The notes: generated by a model from the letters alone, not told the origin. DNA of 64,000 nucleotides from an uncultured Ilyomonas sp. (GCA_964249755.1 CAXUDB010000002.1:548267-612266); one strand, 5' to 3'; counted from the first letter of the stretch, positions 47,726 through 57,618 are shown. Numbers and translations: made by a program.

Positions 47726-48643
47726 TTATTCTGTTTTGGGTGCTGGTTGTGTGAGCTGGATGTAGCTCAAAGCGCCCTTTGCGCCCGAGGCAACAAGGTT
47801 GCTCATGTCTTGGTCGGTAAGTTTAAAATCGGTAGCCAAAATGCCGAGATCGTCAATGATTACAGTGCGGTAAACCTCGTCGCCGTCTTCATCAAAATCC
47901 TGATCCTGAACGTCCAATATAGATTCAAATAAATGCCGGGCAAAATGCAGAAAAGTATCAAAACCCAGCGCATGTTTTTCCTTGTCCTGCTCCTTTGTTC
48001 GTAAGTAAAAACCAAGCGATTCGGCATTGGCTTCGGCAGGTGTATTGTAGAACCTTGCATCATCGAAAAAAGAAAGCGGGTAGTTAAACATCAACCCGCC
48101 ATCTACATAAATATCATTGTCGGGTATCGAATTCGAAAACTGCCAGGCTTTAAAGAAAATGGGGATAGACATCGAAGCTCTTACGGCTTCGGCTATCAGC
48201 GCACCCGGTGTTTTATCAGCAGAAAATTCAGTTACGGAATGCGTGTTCAGGTTGGTGGCGAATACATACAAATCAAGGCAACCCGCCTTTTTTGCATCGG
48301 CAAATGTAGAATCCCCGCTCAATCCTTTACCGGAGTTTTCCATCAGGTGAATCATCATATCTACAATGTATTGCCCGCTGTGCAAGCCGTAATGTGTGGC
48401 GATTCCGATAGGATTAAAGGCTTCCTCGAACTGCATAAAATTGATGCCTTTCATGATTGTATAGATATGGTCTATGCTATATCCCAATGCATACATGGCG
48501 GCAACGAGTGCACCGGCCGATGTACCGGCCACGCGCTGTACATTGCCCAGCAAATTCCTCTTATCCAGCTCCTGCAATGCGCCCACAAAGGCAATCCCTT
48601 TCACGCCGCCGCCTTTGAAAGCCAGATTTTTTATCATACGCAA
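47726..48643 (-). CDS. Patatin-like phospholipase
   Basis: 'GGGVKG', 'GTSAG' nucleophile, 'DGG'. Confidence 0.92.
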   Translation of the reverse strand: MRMIKNLAFKGGGVKGIAFVGALQELDKRNLLGNVQRVAGTSAGALVAAMYALGYSIDHIYTIMKGINFMQFEEAFNPIGIATHYGLHSGQYIVDMMIHLMENSGKGLSGDSTFADAKKAGCLDLYVFATNLNTHSVTEFSADKTPGALIAEAVRASMSIPIFFKAWQFSNSIPDNDIYVDGGLMFNYPLSFFDDARFYNTPAEANAESLGFYLRTKEQDKEKHALGFDTFLHFARHLFESILDVQDQDFDEDGDEVYRTVIIDDLGILATDFKLTDQDMSNLVASGAKGALSYIQLTQPAPKTE

Positions 48644-48648
48644 AAGAT

Positions 48649-49170
48649 TTATAAATCTCCTTTATCAGCCGGGCTATTTTCAATATTCGCTTTCGCGATG
48701 AGCAAGTTTTGCTGCATATATTTTTTGAAAAACAAATCCATAAATAAGGAAACGATAACAGCCGTAAAAGCATTTTTTGCCTGGAAAGTATAAGTCCAAA
48801 CCACGTTTGTCTGGCTGCCTTCCGAAGAGAAGGAAAACTCACCGATAGCCATAGAAGCCAGGTTTTTTACGGTGCCGCTGAAATCGCTGATATGATACGA
48901 AAAAGAATCGTGTGGATGATAAGAAATCATCTCTTCCCGCAGCGTATCCCCATTGTCAAAATACAATGTTCGGCAAGCGCCCGGCATGGACCAGGGACCT
49001 TTGTGCGTCTCGTGTTTTACTACGGCATGAATGGGGCCGTACTTCTTTAAAAAATGAGTCAGCGATTCTTCTGCCGATAGATAATTAAAAACCGTTTCCC
49101 TGTCCGATGCAATGTTAATGGAAGCTTGTCTTGTAACAAGATCTTTCGATAGCGTTAGGGTTTCAGCCAT
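48649..49170 (-). CDS. SRPBCC (START/polyketide cyclase-like) family protein
   Basis: 'RETVFNYL','PGACRTLYF..GD.LREE', 'TNVVWTYTF', C-terminal helix. Confidence 0.8.
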   Translation of the reverse strand: MAETLTLSKDLVTRQASINIASDRETVFNYLSAEESLTHFLKKYGPIHAVVKHETHKGPWSMPGACRTLYFDNGDTLREEMISYHPHDSFSYHISDFSGTVKNLASMAIGEFSFSSEGSQTNVVWTYTFQAKNAFTAVIVSLFMDLFFKKYMQQNLLIAKANIENSPADKGDL

Positions 49171-49196
49171 AAAGAAAACGTTGGTAAGAAGGTCCT

Positions 49197-49649
49197 TTAT
49201 TTAACCGCAAAAATTTTATATACCACATGGCCGTCTTCGTTATAAGAGCCATAACCTAAGCCCACCGTGTTGTTCAGCCATGCATACTGTGGCGCGGTGG
49301 TTTCGAACAACGGATTGGTGCGCCAGTAATAAGAAGAAGGATCGAGGTCTTTGCCCGCCGGCGAAAACAGTTTCTGCAATGTTTGCGGATCGGCGGCGCT
49401 CATGTAGCCACTATAAGTGATGTAAACAATAGCGCCGTCATCGGCTTTAATAGCAGCTCTTACATTAATCTGGTAAGAGGTGGGCGAAAGAAACAAGCCA
49501 AACTCGCCGCCGATGGGTAATACGGTTCCGGTTACCTTGCCGGTGACGGTGCCGCCAGTAATGCCTGCCAGCACCCGCGGTCCTTCTATAAAAGGCGGGT
49601 TAAGTGTTGCGATAATCAGGAGAATTTCTTCTGCTTCTACTGTTTGCAT
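49197..49649 (-). CDS. DUF3237 domain protein
   Basis: 'ITGGTVTG...G.VLP.GG', 'DDGAIVYITY.G', 'YWRTNP.FET..PQYAWLN'. Confidence 0.85.
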   Translation of the reverse strand: MQTVEAEEILLIIATLNPPFIEGPRVLAGITGGTVTGKVTGTVLPIGGEFGLFLSPTSYQINVRAAIKADDGAIVYITYSGYMSAADPQTLQKLFSPAGKDLDPSSYYWRTNPLFETTAPQYAWLNNTVGLGYGSYNEDGHVVYKIFAVK

Positions 49650-49854
49650 GTTGGTTGGTTTTATTGATGAAATGAAGGGAAACGAAATGTGATTCTTGAT
49701 TGCTTTATGCCTTTTGCTGCAAAAGCAGCGATAACAAATATAGAAACTGATAGCGGGATTGAAGATACCGGCTGCAAATAAATTTCTATCTCCTTGCTTT
49801 TCGACAAAAGTGATAATCCGGAGTAAGCAACAGGATGGCTTTTAGTAATGAAAC

Positions 49855-50871
49855 CTAAACGGCAGTCGGCTCTGTATAAGGCTTCCCATTATGCTGGTGC
49901 CTGAATTTAGACAAGGCTTCATAAGCCTGTTTACGGGCGCGGTTAAAGCTTCCCAACGGGCGGTGTTCGGGTGATGAATGCCAGATGTCAAAAGACAGAT
50001 TATCGCCGAATTCCAATTGCTCTGCACTATCGAACACCTGTGGCGGAATCTTTATTTCTGCCAGTTTGAGGAAAGGCGAATGCCAGGCAACCGTCGGGTC
50101 TTCTATCGGCATGGCATCGGCATCGGTTTGAAACTGCACATAAAAATCAAAACGGATTTCTTTCGTGCCTAACGTTTTAGCCATATTCATCCTGAGATAG
50201 TTGTCGGCCGTTGTGTTATCTGTGAGAAGCTCATTGTCAGCCGAAGGTTTGACACAATATTTTACGGCAGTTGTATCGTTTCCAAACTGGTAAGGCTGCG
50301 TGCTGAAATAAGGAATTTGAAAAGGGTGCTGACAATGGATGTTCGACCCCAAAAGCCGCTTCAGCAAAACCCAATGTTTGGGGTTGATAAAATATTTCAA
50401 CAGTTCCAGCTTGTTCTTTGCGGTAGCGGCTTTCAGCGTTCGCCTGAACTGTTCAATATTCTTCGAAAAGAAAGTTTCGCTGCTCATCAGGAGGAAGTCC
50501 TGCGTCTGTTCAAAACGCTGGTCGTTCAGTAGCTTTTCGCCGGGCACATTCATCAGCTTGATAGCGCAGCCGCGGATGTCTTTTTTCTTATCCGGCTGCA
50601 CAATGGTATTGGCGTTGGAAAAGCGTATCCATGCAGGATAGGTAGCCGCAGTTTTAAAAATGCCGACTCGTAACTCATTGGCTAAATCCGGCAGCACCGA
50701 GAATTCAGCCCTTACGCAGCCGTGCATTTTGGTATGTACCTGCCGCAACATTTTTGTGTTGGGATATAAAGCCGTCAACTGGCTTTCCATTTCTCCGATC
50801 ATTTCTAAGATGATGGCTTCTTCGCCCGGCTCGGGGTATTCTTTGCCGGGCTGTTTGCTGGATGAATGCAT
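49855..50871 (-). CDS. Small catalase-fold heme protein (catalase-related, AOS/HPL-like group)
   Basis: 'RQVH.K.HG' distal His, 'IRFSN', 'RGCAIK', 'RPLGSFNRARKQAY' proximal Tyr; 338 aa. Confidence 0.88.
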   Translation of the reverse strand: MHSSSKQPGKEYPEPGEEAIILEMIGEMESQLTALYPNTKMLRQVHTKMHGCVRAEFSVLPDLANELRVGIFKTAATYPAWIRFSNANTIVQPDKKKDIRGCAIKLMNVPGEKLLNDQRFEQTQDFLLMSSETFFSKNIEQFRRTLKAATAKNKLELLKYFINPKHWVLLKRLLGSNIHCQHPFQIPYFSTQPYQFGNDTTAVKYCVKPSADNELLTDNTTADNYLRMNMAKTLGTKEIRFDFYVQFQTDADAMPIEDPTVAWHSPFLKLAEIKIPPQVFDSAEQLEFGDNLSFDIWHSSPEHRPLGSFNRARKQAYEALSKFRHQHNGKPYTEPTAV

Positions 50872-51050
50872 AATTGTCGTTCGATGATTCCTTCGCAGGT
50901 TGTCTGCTAAATCATCTTGTTTTGTTTATGAAGTAATAAAATCTTCTAAATAATTGAACTAAAAAGTGGGAAAAAATTAAAGTTACCTAAAGACTCTTAT
51001 ACTAAACCTTGTGTATCTTATTTTCCTGCTGTCTTCATAGTTTTCATTTT

Positions 51051-52988
51051 TTAATCAATCAGTTTTATCTTTCGCAAAAAGTCTAAGAAATATTTGTTGT
51101 TGCGCAGGTTGACGGGCATCACCGTCAGATGCGCAAAAATAGGAAGCAGTATATCATTATTGCGATAGCCTTTCTCCAGAAATTCTATAGCAAGGTCTGT
51201 CTTATCTACTGCCGCAGCGCCAATGGCAGCGCCGAACACCGAGAAATACTGCGTTTTATCGCGCTCTATAATTTCATCCATCAGCCGCAGCGCTTCTTCC
51301 CTGTTTCCGTTATGTACCTGCGCCAGCGTCATAAACCCAAGCGCCCAGGAATGCCTGCCCGAAAGGTTCAAAGCCGTATTGAGACAATCTATAGCGTTTG
51401 CCGATTGTCCCATTTCAATGAAGCACCAGCCGGCCAGGAAATAAGGCAGGAATAAAGTAGCGTCTATTTCAATGGCTTTCTTAGCCTGCTGCAGCGACTC
51501 TTCGAACTTCCGCTGCGCCAAAAAAGCCAGCCCTGTTATGTGGTAAGAGATGGCGTTGTAAGGCTCGATGGCCGTAGATTTCAGCCCTTCTTCTTCAGCT
51601 TTTGTCAAGTCGTTTTCTACAATGCTTAAATAGAAACTGTACCAGGAGTGAGCCGCCGCATAATCGGGGTTGAGCTGAATGGATTTTTTAAAGTTTTTAT
51701 TGGCGAGATACCGGTCGTTCTCATAAATGCCATAGATAAAACCCAGCGATGTATAAGGCTCATTTAAAAGCGGGTCTATGCTAATCGATCTCAGTGCGGC
51801 CTCCTTTGCTTTCGGCATGGCATCGTTGGGCGGAAGAATGCCATACAAGCCCAGTGCAGCATACGAATCTGCCACACCCGCATAGGCTTTGGAAAGTGTT
51901 GGATCAATATCTATCGCCTGCTGAAAAAACTGCAGAGCATTGGTCAGCCATCGCCCTCTTTTGTTCCAGTAATACCGTCCTTTTAAATACAATTCATACG
52001 CTTCGGTATCAGCCACCGGCACATTCACCAGCGATTTCTCGCTCTCCAGCAACGTCACTTTCAGCCTTTCTCTTACTGCCAATGCAATATTGTCCTGGAT
52101 GGCGAAAATGTCTTTCATATCGCCGTCATATTTATCCGACCAGAGATGAACGCCGTCTTCCGCGTTCACGAGATAAGTGGTGATGCGAACGCGGTCGCCA
52201 TACCGGCGGGTACTGCCTTCGAGTATGGTAGCCACACCCAATATCTCCCCAATTTTTGAAGGCGAATCATGCTTGCCCCTGAACTGGAAAGAAGAGGAGC
52301 GGCTTACGACTTTCAGGTCCTGTAACTGCGTGAGCGAGCTTAATATCTCTTCCGCAATGCCATCGCTGAAATAGTCCTGTTCGGCATCGCCGCTGAGGTT
52401 GATGAAGGGAAGCACAGCAATGCTTTTGCGAGGGATCTTTTTTGCCGGGGGCGTTGGCGCTGATGAGGCAGAAACAATGTCGCTAAGCTGAACAGTGGCA
52501 ATATTCACTTCATAAATCTGCACCGCGTCTTTTACATTTTTTAATTTTTCTTCTTTTACAAAAATGGTTTCAATGCCCTTATTGGCAATGTTTTTTTGCA
52601 CCGAATCAGATATCCAGATGCCGCCCACCGGCGCTATGGCCTGTATTCTTGCAGCGATGTTTACGCCATCGCCAAACACGTCCCCGTTTTCAAAAATCAC
52701 TTCGCTTAAATGAATGCCAATGCGGAGCGACAAGCCGGGAACGGCAGTTGTAGCCTGCTGAATGGAAACTGCCGATAAGACTGCATTGGTAACGGTAGGA
52801 AACGATGCCATGATGCCATCGCCCAGTTCTTTTATCCAGCTACCGCCATATTTTTCAATCAGCGGTTTTTGTATATCCCGGTTTTTATTCAATATAGCAA
52901 ACGCCTTTTGCTCATCATCGCCCATCAGTGCGGTGTAGCCTACAATATCCGTGAACATAACTGCAGCTAACTGGCGGTATTGTGTCAT
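51051..52988 (-). CDS. Class III adenylate/guanylate cyclase - TolB-like - TPR protein
   Basis: 'VMFTDIVGYT', 'KELGDG', 'RIGIH', 'FGDGVNIAARIQ'; 'SIAVLPF.NLS..QDYFSDG'; TPRs. Confidence 0.9.
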   Translation of the reverse strand: MTQYRQLAAVMFTDIVGYTALMGDDEQKAFAILNKNRDIQKPLIEKYGGSWIKELGDGIMASFPTVTNAVLSAVSIQQATTAVPGLSLRIGIHLSEVIFENGDVFGDGVNIAARIQAIAPVGGIWISDSVQKNIANKGIETIFVKEEKLKNVKDAVQIYEVNIATVQLSDIVSASSAPTPPAKKIPRKSIAVLPFINLSGDAEQDYFSDGIAEEILSSLTQLQDLKVVSRSSSFQFRGKHDSPSKIGEILGVATILEGSTRRYGDRVRITTYLVNAEDGVHLWSDKYDGDMKDIFAIQDNIALAVRERLKVTLLESEKSLVNVPVADTEAYELYLKGRYYWNKRGRWLTNALQFFQQAIDIDPTLSKAYAGVADSYAALGLYGILPPNDAMPKAKEAALRSISIDPLLNEPYTSLGFIYGIYENDRYLANKNFKKSIQLNPDYAAAHSWYSFYLSIVENDLTKAEEEGLKSTAIEPYNAISYHITGLAFLAQRKFEESLQQAKKAIEIDATLFLPYFLAGWCFIEMGQSANAIDCLNTALNLSGRHSWALGFMTLAQVHNGNREEALRLMDEIIERDKTQYFSVFGAAIGAAAVDKTDLAIEFLEKGYRNNDILLPIFAHLTVMPVNLRNNKYFLDFLRKIKLID

Positions 52989-53197
52989 AGAGGAGACTTA
53001 CGGTTACTTTGTTGTTCTCTTGCTATGTAAATGTAATGGCTTATTCCTACTTTGCAGATTCAATACCCATGAAGATACTCAACAAAACTATTTCTTTTCG
53101 CAAATCGTACACACAAGCGGCTGCAAATCATTTACAATAAAAAAGGAAAGCGATAGGCTTTCCTCTGTAAAATTAATAACAGCATTTCGTTAGCTTA

Positions 53198-54121
53198 TCA
53201 TACCGTCTTCAGCAGTTTTTCAATGTTCTGATAGCTCGTCGTGATACTGGCATACGCATCTTTCGGTGCATCATGTTCTACAAAGAAATGCTTCATGCCA
53301 GCGATTTTTGCACTCTCAAAAATGGGTTTGAAATTTACCACACCTTCACCTACGGGTGCCGGTCCCTGCCGCTCTTTATCCAGATCTTTCACATGCCATA
53401 ATGGGTAGCGTCCCGGGCTTTTCTTAAACAGCTCTACCGGGTCAACACCAGCTTTAACAGCCCAGCAGAGATCCAGTTCCATCTTCAGCTCATCAGCATT
53501 GGTTTCCGACAACAAACGGTCGTAAACTACTTTACCATCCAGCTTTTCGAACTCTTTGTCGTGGTTATGGTAGCAAAGCTGGATGCCTGCTTTCTTTGCA
53601 ACTTCTGCCGATTTATTAAGTGTATCAATAGATAGCTTTAATTCTTCTGTTGTATCAAACGGTGTATTGGCGCATACCAAATAAGGAACGCCTCCCTCTG
53701 CGGCATCATCAATAATCTCCTTGTAATTCTCGCGCAGGTTTTTCAGCACCGGAATCACAATCGGTTTGCCATCAGCACCCATTGGCATCTTTGCACCAGG
53801 TGGCAGTTTAAACGGTGCACCCAACACATGGTGCGACTGCCACGACAAACCCAAATTTTTCAGAAAAGTATTCCATTCTTTCGGCTTCATGCCATAGAAG
53901 CCACCTTTCTTGCTGTAAGCCGATTCAATTTCGGTATAACCTACCGCGCGAATTTTTTTCAAAGTGCCTTCTACATCGTCGTCAATGGCGCCAAAGAAGG
54001 TAAACAATTGCAAGCCCACCGCGTGCTGCATCGGCAGGTTAAATGCGGAAGCGGTAGAAAGAAAAGCACTGCCTAAAGCGGCTGCGCCCGTTACTTTAAT
54101 AAATTCTCTTCTTGTTTTCAT
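53198..54121 (-). CDS. Sugar phosphate isomerase/epimerase (TIM barrel), Tat signal
   Basis: 'TRREFIK', 'GLQLFT', 'YHNH', 'ELDLCW', 'HVKD', 'VEHD'. Confidence 0.88.
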   Translation of the reverse strand: MKTRREFIKVTGAAALGSAFLSTASAFNLPMQHAVGLQLFTFFGAIDDDVEGTLKKIRAVGYTEIESAYSKKGGFYGMKPKEWNTFLKNLGLSWQSHHVLGAPFKLPPGAKMPMGADGKPIVIPVLKNLRENYKEIIDDAAEGGVPYLVCANTPFDTTEELKLSIDTLNKSAEVAKKAGIQLCYHNHDKEFEKLDGKVVYDRLLSETNADELKMELDLCWAVKAGVDPVELFKKSPGRYPLWHVKDLDKERQGPAPVGEGVVNFKPIFESAKIAGMKHFFVEHDAPKDAYASITTSYQNIEKLLKTV

Positions 54122-54293
54122 ATGGATGGTTTTAATGGTAAACTAAAAATGTGAGTTTGTGATCAAAGTTAAATTGTAATAATCAGGTGCCCGTTATTCC
54201 ATCCCTGCACAGTTTAGAGATGCGGAATAGGATGATTGAATGAAGTAAAGTTAATTCTTCTAAAATACTTTAGTCACCTAACGACTTTCAATT

Positions 54294-57131
54294 TTATTCT
54301 TTCTTTGCGTTCCGGTTAACTTGCTTTGTTACTAAGAAATGATATTTACCCGAGCCAACAGTGACGATCCTGCTATTTCTCTCAACTACTAAAATGGTTA
54401 TGTCTTTTGTGTTTTCGAGCAACTTTCCGCTTTCTTCTATTTTGTCATCGGGTCCAGCTGGAATAGTAATTCCAGCCGTTGTATTTGCTGGTATCTCCAC
54501 ATCCATTGTCACTGTATGTTGTAGCGTATCCCGCGTCCAGGTATTGCTTAGTTTGCCATAATAGGTTTGCAGGCTTGCCGAAGCCATGGTGAAGCTATCG
54601 CTGATGTGTGGTTGCACCTTGATGTGCTTGTAGCCTACGCCATCTTCATAGGTGTCTAAACCCACCATTACCCGGTACATCCAGTCGCCAATGGCACCGT
54701 AAGAATAATGGTTGTAAGAGTTCATGGAAGGGGTTTCAAAGGTGCCATCCGGTTTAATGCCATCCCAACGTTCCCATATGGTAGTCGCACCCATTTTCAC
54801 CGGGTAAATCCACGAAGGGTAAGAGGGTTGCAACAACAGTTTATAAGCAATACTATCATATCCAAACCGGGATAAGACACCGCACAAATAAGGCGTTCCC
54901 AGAAAGCCGGTGGTTAAGTGATTGTCGTAGCTTTCTACATTCTGTGCCAGCCGCTGCGCAGCCCCGGCACGTAAAGACTCCGGCAAGAGATCAAATTGCA
55001 AAGCCAGCACGTAAGCTGTTTGCGTTCCCGATACTAAGCGACCGTTGGGTGTGAGATATTCGCGGGCAAAAGCAGCTTTAATATTTTGTAATAACGATGA
55101 ATAAGTTGCCTCATCTTCTTTGTTGCCCAACACTTGTGCGGCATTAATCACTAATTGGGTTGAATGCGCATAAAAGCATTGTGCAATTAGGTATTTATCG
55201 GTAACGGCAGCCCTGCCGTCATTGTCATCATCCGGGCGATAAAACAGCCAGTCGCCAAAATGAAAACCGGTCTGCCATAAATTGTTTTTGCTGTTAGCAG
55301 TCATGTAATCTACCCACGCTTTCATGCTGGGGTATTGGTCGCCCAAGATTTGTTTATCACCATAGGCTAAATACATATTCCACGGAATGATAGTGGCAAC
55401 ATCTGCCCAGCCGGTTGAGCCACTGGAACCATCACCCAGCACGTTGGGAATAACAAACGGAACGCTTCCATTGTGCTGGTCAGTCGCCACATCTTTCAGC
55501 CATTTGGCAAAAAAGGCGTTTACGTTCATATTAAAGGAAGCAGTGCGCGAAAACACCTGTGCATCGCCCGTCCAGCCCAAACGTTCATCCCGTTGCGGGC
55601 AGTCGGTAGGCACATCTAAAAAGTTTCCTTTTTGTCCCCATTGAATATTATGCTGAAGCTGGTTAATGAGTACGTTGTTAGTAGAAAAACTTCCCGTTGG
55701 TGCCATGTCAGAATACAAAGTAACCGCCGTAAAGTTGTCTGGTTTCAGTTCACCCTTATAGCCTGTTACCTTCACATACCGGAAGCCATGCCAAGTAAAA
55801 TGCGGCTCGAAGGTTTCTGCCTCGCCACCTCGCAGAATAAAATTGTCTTGGGCTTTTGCTTCGCGAAGATTTGCCGTGTAAAAATTACCTTCTTTATCCA
55901 GCACTTCTGCATGAGACAGCGTGATGGTATCGCCGCTGTTGCCGCCCGCTTTCATCACTACCCAGCCCACCAAATTCTGCCCGAAATCAAGAACCTTTTC
56001 GCCTTTAGGTGTCGTGATGATTTTAATCACTTTAAAAGTCTCATGCTTTCGTACCGGTTCGTTCACGGTGGTAATGAGGTTATCATAAGAATAATCAGGA
56101 GTTGATACACCGCTCCAGCCCTTATCATCATAACCAGCCATCATCCAGCCCTTTTTCTCCAAACGGTCGTCTATCGTTTCGCCGTTGTATATCTCTGTGT
56201 AGCGGATGGCGCCGGTGGAAGATTTCCAAGTATTGTCGGTTGCCACAACCTGTGTAGTACCGTCTGTGTACGTAATGTTGATTTGCGCCAGCAAAGAGAT
56301 GTCTTTGCCATATACATTGATGTTATTGCCAAAGCCAATAATACCCCGGTACCAACCATTGCCCAGCGTAACACCAATGGCATTGTTGCCTGTCTTTATC
56401 TTATCTGTAACGTCGTATGTTTGATACTGCAGCCGTTTGTTGTAAGAAGTCCAGCCAGGAGTAAGATAAGCATCGCCCACGCGTTCACCATTAATATTCG
56501 CTTCATACAAGCCATGAGCTGTAACATACAATACAGCCGATGCGACTTTTTTACCGGTTGCAAATTCTTTTCTAAAAAGAGGGCTGGGGCGGTTGATCGA
56601 ATCTTCTGTATAACCCGGCGAAATCCACATCGCTTTGCCTTCCTTATCGAGGTCTAACAAAGCCGTCATAAAAAAAGCCGGCTCGCTCCAGGCAGATGCG
56701 CCGCCTTTATTATCCCAAACCCGCACCTTCCAGTTATAGCGCGTGCCGCTTTGAAATGCCGGACCTTTATAGGTTACACGCACCGACGAATCGCTCCCTA
56801 TTTTACCACTGTTCCAGACTGTTTTTTTATTCAGGCTATTAGTGACTTCTATCTCGTAAGCCGTTTGCATCGTGCCCCTTTTTGAACTGTTCAACTGCCA
56901 GCTAAAGCGAGGCATTCGCACATCAATACCAATTGGGTTTTTTCGGTTTTCGGTAAGCAGGTTAGAAACAGTTAGCTGCGCAAATAAACCGGCTGAAAAC
57001 AACTGAGCCGTAAGGAGCAAACCAATTTTAAAAACAACAAACGACTTACAAAATACCGTCTGTCGCTTAAGCCCGCTTTTGTTTTTGAATAACTGAATAA
57101 AGTAATCACCGGTTCGTTTTTGTTGTGTCAT
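54294..57131 (-). CDS. Alpha-L-rhamnosidase (GH78)
   Basis: 'LDFGQNLVG', 'FTWHGFRYV', 'PTDCPQRDERLGWTGD', 'GATTIWERW', 'SYNHYSYG'. Confidence 0.93.
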   Translation of the reverse strand: MTQQKRTGDYFIQLFKNKSGLKRQTVFCKSFVVFKIGLLLTAQLFSAGLFAQLTVSNLLTENRKNPIGIDVRMPRFSWQLNSSKRGTMQTAYEIEVTNSLNKKTVWNSGKIGSDSSVRVTYKGPAFQSGTRYNWKVRVWDNKGGASAWSEPAFFMTALLDLDKEGKAMWISPGYTEDSINRPSPLFRKEFATGKKVASAVLYVTAHGLYEANINGERVGDAYLTPGWTSYNKRLQYQTYDVTDKIKTGNNAIGVTLGNGWYRGIIGFGNNINVYGKDISLLAQINITYTDGTTQVVATDNTWKSSTGAIRYTEIYNGETIDDRLEKKGWMMAGYDDKGWSGVSTPDYSYDNLITTVNEPVRKHETFKVIKIITTPKGEKVLDFGQNLVGWVVMKAGGNSGDTITLSHAEVLDKEGNFYTANLREAKAQDNFILRGGEAETFEPHFTWHGFRYVKVTGYKGELKPDNFTAVTLYSDMAPTGSFSTNNVLINQLQHNIQWGQKGNFLDVPTDCPQRDERLGWTGDAQVFSRTASFNMNVNAFFAKWLKDVATDQHNGSVPFVIPNVLGDGSSGSTGWADVATIIPWNMYLAYGDKQILGDQYPSMKAWVDYMTANSKNNLWQTGFHFGDWLFYRPDDDNDGRAAVTDKYLIAQCFYAHSTQLVINAAQVLGNKEDEATYSSLLQNIKAAFAREYLTPNGRLVSGTQTAYVLALQFDLLPESLRAGAAQRLAQNVESYDNHLTTGFLGTPYLCGVLSRFGYDSIAYKLLLQPSYPSWIYPVKMGATTIWERWDGIKPDGTFETPSMNSYNHYSYGAIGDWMYRVMVGLDTYEDGVGYKHIKVQPHISDSFTMASASLQTYYGKLSNTWTRDTLQHTVTMDVEIPANTTAGITIPAGPDDKIEESGKLLENTKDITILVVERNSRIVTVGSGKYHFLVTKQVNRNAKKE

Positions 57132-57366
57132 AGCAAGTATTTATAAAAACTAAAGATTCACTTAATGTACTCTTGCTTCTTTAACAAAGAGGTATAAAAG
57201 CAGCCTGAGAAGGATAATTGTAAACTGAAGCAAAATAAACGATTTGGCTAACTTGTTTTGTCATCTATGGCAATGCCTGTCGGTTGTAAATATAAGCTGA
57301 TGATGGGTGTTTTCGTTTCAACTTTATTTTTAGTGAAATGATGTTTGCATGTTGTACAAGCCGTTT

Positions 57367-57374
57367 TATATTTG
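57367..57374 (+). promoter_or_regulatory. -7 element upstream of the tRNA-like units and tRNA-Thr
   Basis: TATATTTG followed by cgccc. Confidence 0.6.
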
Positions 57375-57384
57375 CGCCCTTATT

Positions 57385-57531
57385 GCCAAACTTAGCTCAA
57401 ACAGTAGAACTTTCCGATGTCTCGGGAGGGTTGTCTGGAGAGCAGAAGAAATTAACAGCTAACCTTAGCTCAGATGGTAAAACATCCCGACGTGTCGGTA
57501 GAGTTGTGAGGAGAAAGGGAAAAGATTAACT
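57385..57531 (+). pseudogene. Two tandem degenerate tRNA-Thr-like units (57385-57457, 57458-57531)
   Basis: 5' halves resemble tRNA-Thr (unit 2: 23/27 identities plus 1 gap); anticodon arm replaced by a ccga-N4-tcgg palindrome; no T arm. Confidence 0.7.
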
Positions 57532-57604
57532 GCCAACCTAGCTCAGCTGGTAGAGCATTTCATTCGTAATGAAAGGGTCGTCGGTTCGATTCCGATGGTT
57601 GGCT
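57532..57604 (+). tRNA. tRNA-Thr (CGT)
   Basis: Acceptor gccaacc/ggttggc, D arm gctc/gagc, anticodon tttca-ttCGTaa-tgaaa, T-loop gttcgat. Confidence 0.95.
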
Positions 57605-57618
57605 CATCATTGAAAGTT

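Noticed and set aside
47726-52988. Patatin plus class III cyclase as a CBASS/Pycsar defence system
   Set aside because: The cyclase has the TolB-TPR signalling architecture rather than PycC or CD-NTase, is not adjacent to the patatin, and the patatin sits inside a peroxidase operon.
44103-57531. Integrative genomic island between tRNA-Asp and tRNA-Thr
   Set aside because: No integrase, and I found no duplicated tRNA 3' end (att site); the content is accessory but integration is unsupported.
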